Assembly (NCBI RefSeq): GCF_000196555.1
Contig: NC_015067.1
Span: 690,001-722,000, forward strand
Reading direction: 5' to 3'
Length of the DNA: 32,000 nucleotides
From: Bifidobacterium longum subsp. longum JCM 1217
GTDB lineage: Bacteria > Actinomycetota > Actinomycetes > Actinomycetales > Bifidobacteriaceae
The notes below the pieces were generated by a model. The model was not told where the DNA came from. It did no database searches and saw only the letters and a program-made list of their open reading frames with translations. Numbering within the stretch: the stretch's first letter is position 1; every line of letters starts with the position of its first letter. The position numbers and the translations under genes are program-made. Shown in pieces: positions 26,028 to 32,000 of this stretch.

Positions 26028-26061
26028 TGCATAAATATACAGTCCTCTGTATATACTTGCA
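26028..26061 (+). promoter_or_regulatory. paired ARG boxes (ArgR operator) upstream of argG
   Basis: TGCATAAATATACA (26028-26041), a 6-nt spacer, then TGTATATACTTGCA (26048-26061). A -10-like TATACT at 26052-26057 lies inside box 2. Confidence 0.7.
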
Positions 26062-26098
26062 TCAGTTTGTTTTTCAGACCTTGAACGAAAGGGAACCA

Positions 26099-27337
26099 AT
26101 GGCAGATAACAAGCGCATTGTTCTGGCCTACTCCGGCGGTCTTGACACATCCGTCGCCATCTCGTACCTGAAGGAGCGCACCGGCAAGGACGTCGTGGCC
26201 GTGTCCCTCGACGTCGGCCAGGGCGGCGAAAGCCTCGAGACCATCAAGCAGCGCGCCCTTGCCTGCGGAGCCGTCGAATCCTACGTGGTCGACGCCCGTG
26301 ACGAGTTCGCCAACGAATATTGCATGAAGGCCCTCAAGGCCAACGCCATGTACGAAGGCGTCTACCCGCTGGTCTCCGCCATCTCCCGTCCGCTGATCTC
26401 CAAGCACCTCGTGCGCGCCGCCCACCAGTTCGGCGCCGACACCATCTCCCACGGTTGCACCGGCAAGGGCAACGACCAGGTTCGTTTCGAGGTCTCCATC
26501 GCCTCCATCGACCCGACGCTGAAGGCCATCAGCCCGATTCGCGACCTGTCCCTGACCCGCGACGTCGAGATCGCGTTCGCCAAGGAGCACAAGTTGCCGA
26601 TCACCCAGACCGAGAAGTCCCCGTACTCCATCGACCAGAACGTATGGGGCCGCGCCATTGAGACCGGCTTCCTTGAGGATCCGTGGAACGGCCCGACCAA
26701 GGACTGCTACTCCTACACCGACGACCCGGCCTTCCCGCCGGTCGAAGATGAAGTCGTCATCGAGTTCAAGGAAGGTGTGCCGGTCAAGATCGATGGACGT
26801 GACGTCACCCCGCTGCAGGCCATCGAAGAGATGAACCGCCGCGCCGGAGCCCAGGGCATCGGCCGCATCGACCTCATCGAGGACCGCCTGGTCGGCATCA
26901 AGTCCCGCGAGCTGTACGAGGCTCCGGGTGCCGTGGCTCTGATCACCGCTCACCAGGAACTCGAAAACTGCTGCCTCGAACGCGAACAGCACCGCATCAA
27001 GCGCGACATCGACAAGCGCTGGGGCGAGCTGGTTTACGATGCGCAGTGGTTCTCCCCGGCAACCCAGTCGCTCAACGCCTTCATCGAAGACACCCAGAAG
27101 TACGTGTCCGGTGAGATTCGCATGGTCCTGCACGGTGGCCGCGCCGTGGTGACCGGCCGTCGTTCCGACTCCTCGCTGTACGACTACAAGCTCGCCACCT
27201 ACGATTCCGGCGATACCTTCGACCAGAGGTCCTCCAACGGCTTCATCGACATCTATGGCCTGCCGTCCCGCGTGGCCGCAGCCCGCGACGTCAAGTTCGG
27301 CAACGGCATCGAGGTCCCGAAGAACACCGTCGAGTAA
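26099..27337 (+). CDS. argG: argininosuccinate synthase
   Basis: ATG 26099 ([19 protein letters not shown]) with AAAGGGA upstream. The track start at 26027 would run through the ARG boxes. ATP-binding AYSGGLDTS motif. Confidence 0.95.
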   Translation: MADNKRIVLAYSGGLDTSVAISYLKERTGKDVVAVSLDVGQGGESLETIKQRALACGAVESYVVDARDEFANEYCMKALKANAMYEGVYPLVSAISRPLISKHLVRAAHQFGADTISHGCTGKGNDQVRFEVSIASIDPTLKAISPIRDLSLTRDVEIAFAKEHKLPITQTEKSPYSIDQNVWGRAIETGFLEDPWNGPTKDCYSYTDDPAFPPVEDEVVIEFKEGVPVKIDGRDVTPLQAIEEMNRRAGAQGIGRIDLIEDRLVGIKSRELYEAPGAVALITAHQELENCCLEREQHRIKRDIDKRWGELVYDAQWFSPATQSLNAFIEDTQKYVSGEIRMVLHGGRAVVTGRRSDSSLYDYKLATYDSGDTFDQRSSNGFIDIYGLPSRVAAARDVKFGNGIEVPKNTVE

Positions 27338-27348
27338 TCATTTACTTT

Positions 27349-27404
27349 GGCTCCCCTCGTTGAGGGGTCGCGCCGTAAAGCAAACAGCCCAGTGGGCTGT
27401 TTGC
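27349..27404 (+). repeat. 56-bp composite palindromic intergenic repeat, copy 2, starting 12 nt after the argG stop
   Basis: GGCTCCCCTC-GTT-GAGGGG TCGCGCCGTAAAG CAAACAGCCC-AGT-GGGCTGTTTGC. It is the reverse-complement homologue of 8937-8992. Confidence 0.8.
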
Positions 27405-27488
27405 AGGTGAGGTGCGAACGACAGTGAGCCAACAATCAGCAGCCGTCAGGCTGTCCGTAATTACAGGACGCTGTCGCCGCAGATGACT

Positions 27489-27537
27489 GAGGGGAGTACG
27501 AGCAAAGATTATGCTCGTGCTCCCCTCGTTTTTTTTT
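27489..27537 (+). terminator. strong intrinsic terminator between argG and argH
   Basis: GAGGGGAGTACGAGC (27489-27503) pairs with GCTCGTGCTCCCCTC (27513-27527), a 15-bp stem with one wobble position. G plus a run of nine T follows. The T-tail exists only on the plus strand. Confidence 0.75.
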
Positions 27538-27555
27538 GCCGATGACGGAAGAAGC

Positions 27556-29256
<1,701 letters not shown>

Positions 29257-29265
29257 TCCCAATGA

Positions 29266-29299
29266 AGCTCCCTCTGATGAGGGAGCTCTATTTTGTTGT
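29266..29299 (+). terminator. intrinsic terminator after argH
   Basis: AGCTCCCTC-TGAT-GAGGGAGCT (29266-29287) followed by CTATTTTGTTGTTG. Confidence 0.7.
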
Positions 29300-29331
29300 T
29301 GTCACTGCAACGGCATACACTGAGAAACCGT

Positions 29332-29418
29332 AACGAACGGGAGCCGTGAGGCTGAGAGGAAGTCGCCAGACTTCGACCGGGGAACTTGACGCGGGTCATG
29401 CCGCCGTAAGGAATCGTT
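29332..29418 (+). ncRNA. TPP (THI-box) riboswitch upstream of thiS-thiG-thiF
   Basis: CTGAGA at 29352-29357 and ACCGGGGAACTTGACGCGGGTCATGCCGCCGTAAGGAA match the aptamer core. The P1 candidate is AACGA (29332-29336) paired with TCGTT (29414-29418). Confidence 0.8.
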
Positions 29419-29542
29419 GTCGCAGATTTGCCGGGTTCTCCGATACAGCTTTCATTCCGTTTGCATAATTCAGCCGTGAGACGGTCGTGATGGAGCCAAT
29501 ACATCACAGCGGTCGAACGGTCGCATGATTGGGTTCATGAAT

Positions 29543-29586
29543 GGGCGCACCACTTAAGGTACGGTTCGTTTCGTGCACCCTTTTTT
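29543..29586 (+). terminator. riboswitch expression-platform terminator
   Basis: GGGCGCAC (29543-29550) pairs with GTGCACCC (29573-29580) at 7 of 8 positions. TTTTTT (29581-29586) follows, 19 nt before the thiS ATG. Confidence 0.55.
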
Positions 29587-29604
29587 ACTATCTGAAAGGA
29601 TATT

Positions 29605-29799
29605 ATGCAGGTCAACGGAGAGCAGGTCACGCTCGAGACGCCGGTCAGCGTCGCCGATTATCTCGAAGCGCACGGATTCCGCGCCGAGCGTGTGGCCATC
29701 GAACTCAATGGTGAGATTATCCCGCGCGATAAGCGTGCCGACGCCATGCTCGACGACCAGTGCGTCATGGAAATTGTGCAGTTTGTACAGGGTGGATGA
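29605..29799 (+). CDS. thiS: sulfur carrier protein ThiS
   Basis: 64 aa, a ubiquitin-like small protein ending in ...VQFVQGG. RBS GAAAGGA. Confidence 0.9.
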   Translation: MQVNGEQVTLETPVSVADYLEAHGFRAERVAIELNGEIIPRDKRADAMLDDQCVMEIVQFVQGG

Positions 29800-29810
29800 A
29801 AGGAAAAGCT

Positions 29811-30680
29811 ATGAGCAATATTAATCCGGTTACTGAAGCATCTGTTGAGGCGACTCCGCTGCCGCCGCAGCCCGCCGTCACCAATCCGGTCGGCACCGCC
29901 GCGCCGATTCTCCCGGTGGAAGACAAGCCGCTGAACCTGGGCGGTCACGAGTTCCAGTCGCGATTCATTCTGGGCTCCGGCCGCTACGACCTGAACCTCA
30001 TCAAGGCTACGGTCGAACATGCAGGCACGCAAATCGTCACCATGGCACTGCGCCGCGCGCAGACCACCGAGAACAGCGTGCTCGACTACATTCCCGAAGG
30101 CATTACGCTGCTGCCCAACACCTCCGGTGCGCGCAACGCCGAGGAAGCCGTGCGTATCGCCCGACTGGCACGCGAAGTGTGCCACACCGACTTCGTCAAG
30201 GTCGAAATCGAACACGAGACCAAGTACCTCTTGCCGGACAACGCCGAAACCATCCGAGCCACCGAAATGCTGGCCAAGGAAGGCTTCGTGGTCATGCCCT
30301 ACATGTTCCCGGACCCGATTGCGGCCCGTCAGCTGGAGGAGGCCGGTGCCGCTGCCGTTATGCCGCTCGGTTCGTTGATCGGCTCCAATATGGGCCTGCG
30401 CATGCGTGACTTCATCGAAATCATCATCGCCAACGCGCATGTGCCGGTCATCATCGACGCTGGTATCGGCCGTCCGAGCCAGGCCTGCGATGCGATGGAG
30501 ATGGGTGCGGATGCGGTGATGGCGTACACGGCCGTTGCCTCTGCTGGCAATATCCCGCTGATGGCTGAGGCGTTCAAGCACGCCATCGATGCTGGTCGTG
30601 CGGCGTATTTGTCTGGCCTTGGCAAAGTGACCGAGGGACAGGCTGTGCCGTCCAGCCCGACTACGGGGTATTTGCACTGA
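29811..30680 (+). CDS. thiG: thiazole synthase
   Basis: ATG 29811 with GAAAGGAAA upstream; the track start at 29760 overlaps thiS. Motifs include LLPNTSG, VKVE, VMPLGS and IIDAGIG. It has an N-terminal extension of about 35 aa ([35 protein letters not shown]). Confidence 0.92.
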
Positions 30681-30690
30681 CACTTTTATT

Positions 30691-30737
30691 AGCTCCCCTC
30701 TCTGAGGGGAGCTGGCCGCGTAGCGGACTGAGGGGAG
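30691..30737 (+). repeat. GCTCCCCTC/GAGGGGAGC hairpin plus CTGGCCGCGTAGCGGACTGAGGGGAG motif (dispersed repeat family)
   Basis: AGCTCCCCTC-TCT-GAGGGGAGCT (30691-30713) starts 11 nt after the thiG stop. A second GAGGGGAG lies at 30730-30737. Related copies are at 14399-14421 and 27471-27496. Confidence 0.75.
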
Positions 30738-30756
30738 ATGGAAACATGGAGAAAAC

Positions 30757-31566
30757 ATGGCATTGACTGATGAACAGGTGGAGCGGTACGCGCGCCATCT
30801 GATTTTGAAGGGTGTGGGGGTCAAAGGGCAAAAGCGGTTGCTGGCCTCCAGCGTGCTCATCATCGGAGCGGGCGGTCTTGGTTCTCCGGCCGCCCTGTAT
30901 CTGGCGGCGGCCGGCGTCGGCCATATCGGACTGGTGGACGGCGATGTGGTGGATATGAGCAATCTGCAACGCCAAATCATCCATACCACTGCACGTGTCG
31001 GAGCGCCCAAAGTGGAATCCGCGGCCACAGCCATCCGCGCGCTCAACCCGGATGTGACGGTTGATACCTACTACGAGCTCGTCGACGCGAGCAACATCGC
31101 CGGCCTCATCGAACCGTACGATCTGGTGATCGATGCCACCGACAACTTCGCCGCAAAATTCCTCATCAATGACGCCTGCGTGCTGGCCGGCAAGCCGTAT
31201 ATCCATGCCGGCGTGGTCGGATTCGCCGGTCAGGTGATGACCGTCATTCCCGGCGAAGGCCCCTGCTACCGCTGCATCTTCCGCGACCTGCCCGCCGCCG
31301 GTGAGATTCCGACCTGCAAGGAAGCCGGCGTACTGGGCGCGGTGGTCGGCGTGATCGGCAGTCTGGAGGCGACTGAGGCCGTCAAGCTGATTGCCGGCGT
31401 GGGGGAGCCGCTCGTGGCTCGCATGCTCACTGTGGATGCCCTGACCATGAATATTCGACGGGTCCCACTGCCAAAGCATGTGCCGGATTGCCCGGTGTGC
31501 GGTGAGCAGCCGACCATTACTGCTATTGATCCGGCCAACTATATTCAGCCGGCCTGCGCGATTTAG
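30757..31566 (+). CDS. thiF: ThiF/MoeB/HesA-family adenylyltransferase
   Basis: RYARHLIL, the nucleotide-binding loop IIGAGGLGSPAALYLAAAGVG, LQRQIIH, and CxxC pairs (CYRC, CPVC). Confidence 0.9.
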   Translation: MALTDEQVERYARHLILKGVGVKGQKRLLASSVLIIGAGGLGSPAALYLAAAGVGHIGLVDGDVVDMSNLQRQIIHTTARVGAPKVESAATAIRALNPDVTVDTYYELVDASNIAGLIEPYDLVIDATDNFAAKFLINDACVLAGKPYIHAGVVGFAGQVMTVIPGEGPCYRCIFRDLPAAGEIPTCKEAGVLGAVVGVIGSLEATEAVKLIAGVGEPLVARMLTVDALTMNIRRVPLPKHVPDCPVCGEQPTITAIDPANYIQPACAI

Positions 31567-31574
31567 AGCTATGT

Positions 31575-31597
31575 GGTGCCCCTCCTTGAGGGGTGCC
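31575..31597 (+). repeat. CCCCTC/GAGGGG-core hairpin after thiF
   Basis: GGTGCCCCTC-CTT-GAGGGGTGCC forms a 10-bp stem in RNA, including two G-U pairs. It starts 9 nt after the thiF stop and has no T-tail. Confidence 0.5.
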
Positions 31598-31622
31598 AAG
31601 ATCAGAACGAGAGGGGAAGAAC

Positions 31623-31979
31623 ATGCCTATTGCTTTGCATAATGCGGTCGATGACGATGAGAGCAGTGAAGCATCGTACCGCCGCATCACGCCGGCGGAA
31701 TTTGCCAAGCTCGACCCGAATACGGTCACGCTGCTCGACTTGAGGGAACCAGCCGACTTCGCCGCCCACCCGGTCGAAGGTGCCATCAATGCACCACTCG
31801 ACCCTCTGGCCCATGTGCTCAAAACCGTGCCCACAGATCGAACTGTCGTAGTCTATTGTGCTCAAGGATGGTGGAGCGAGGAAGTAGCTGAAATCCTTGC
31901 CGATCGCGGCTACGATGTAGCAAGCCTCGATGGCGGTTTTCAAGGTTATCTCGACTATCTTGAAACCCACCACGATTAA
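31623..31979 (+). CDS. rhodanese-domain sulfurtransferase (stand-alone)
   Basis: LLDLREPADF...VVVYCAQGWWSEEVAEIL...LDGGFQGY is the single-domain rhodanese layout with an active-site Cys loop. ATG 31623 with GAGGGGAAG upstream is preferred over the track start at 31593. Confidence 0.8.
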   Translation: MPIALHNAVDDDESSEASYRRITPAEFAKLDPNTVTLLDLREPADFAAHPVEGAINAPLDPLAHVLKTVPTDRTVVVYCAQGWWSEEVAEILADRGYDVASLDGGFQGYLDYLETHHD

Positions 31980-32000
31980 CGGTTCCCGTTGTCGTTCTTT

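Noticed and set aside
29658-31599. Minus-strand ORFs of 462 aa (29658..31046) and 312 aa (30661..31599) span thiS, thiG and thiF.
   Set aside because: They are antisense to three recognisable thiamine genes and cross the intergenic repeat hairpins. Their composition is typical of GC-bias shadow ORFs.

Overview
This is a high-GC actinobacterial chromosome segment. Gene content and order look like Bifidobacterium; that call rests on synteny and protein sequences, not a search. It has two parts. (A) nt 1 to about 4700 is the right-hand part of an integrated element resembling an actinomycete integrative conjugative element (AICE). On the plus strand it carries a Pra-like protein, an unlisted 57-aa ribbon-helix-helix ORF, a single FtsK/SpoIIIE (TraSA/TraB-type) DNA translocase, and a HUH rolling-circle Rep with an in-frame excisionase-type HTH tail. 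Diverging from these is an AT-richer two-gene cargo operon: a 177-aa unknown protein plus a GIY-YIG nuclease with a large unassigned N-terminal domain. The nuclease gene runs off the window edge, so it is missing from the ORF track. This operon is the best candidate for an undescribed defence or exclusion module. No integrase or tRNA lies at the visible end of the element. (B) nt 4749-32000 is conserved core. It contains glnA, a DUF4191 gene, lpdA and a DUF3043 gene on the minus strand, then an M20 peptidase. A TPP riboswitch with ykoE-ykoD-ykoC follows, then a TrmH methyltransferase, pheS-pheT and a DUF4190 membrane protein. Next is the arginine cluster argC-J-B-D-F-R-G-H, with paired ARG boxes upstream of argC and argG. 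The window ends with a second TPP riboswitch and thiS-thiG-thiF plus a rhodanese gene. Other observations: a decayed, antitoxin-less YoeB-like ORF lies antisense between argG and argH; a 39-bp tandem repeat duplicates the 3' end of ykoC; two families of dispersed intergenic palindromic repeats are present, one showing compensatory stem changes. Many long antisense 'mirror' ORFs in the track are GC-bias artefacts and were rejected.
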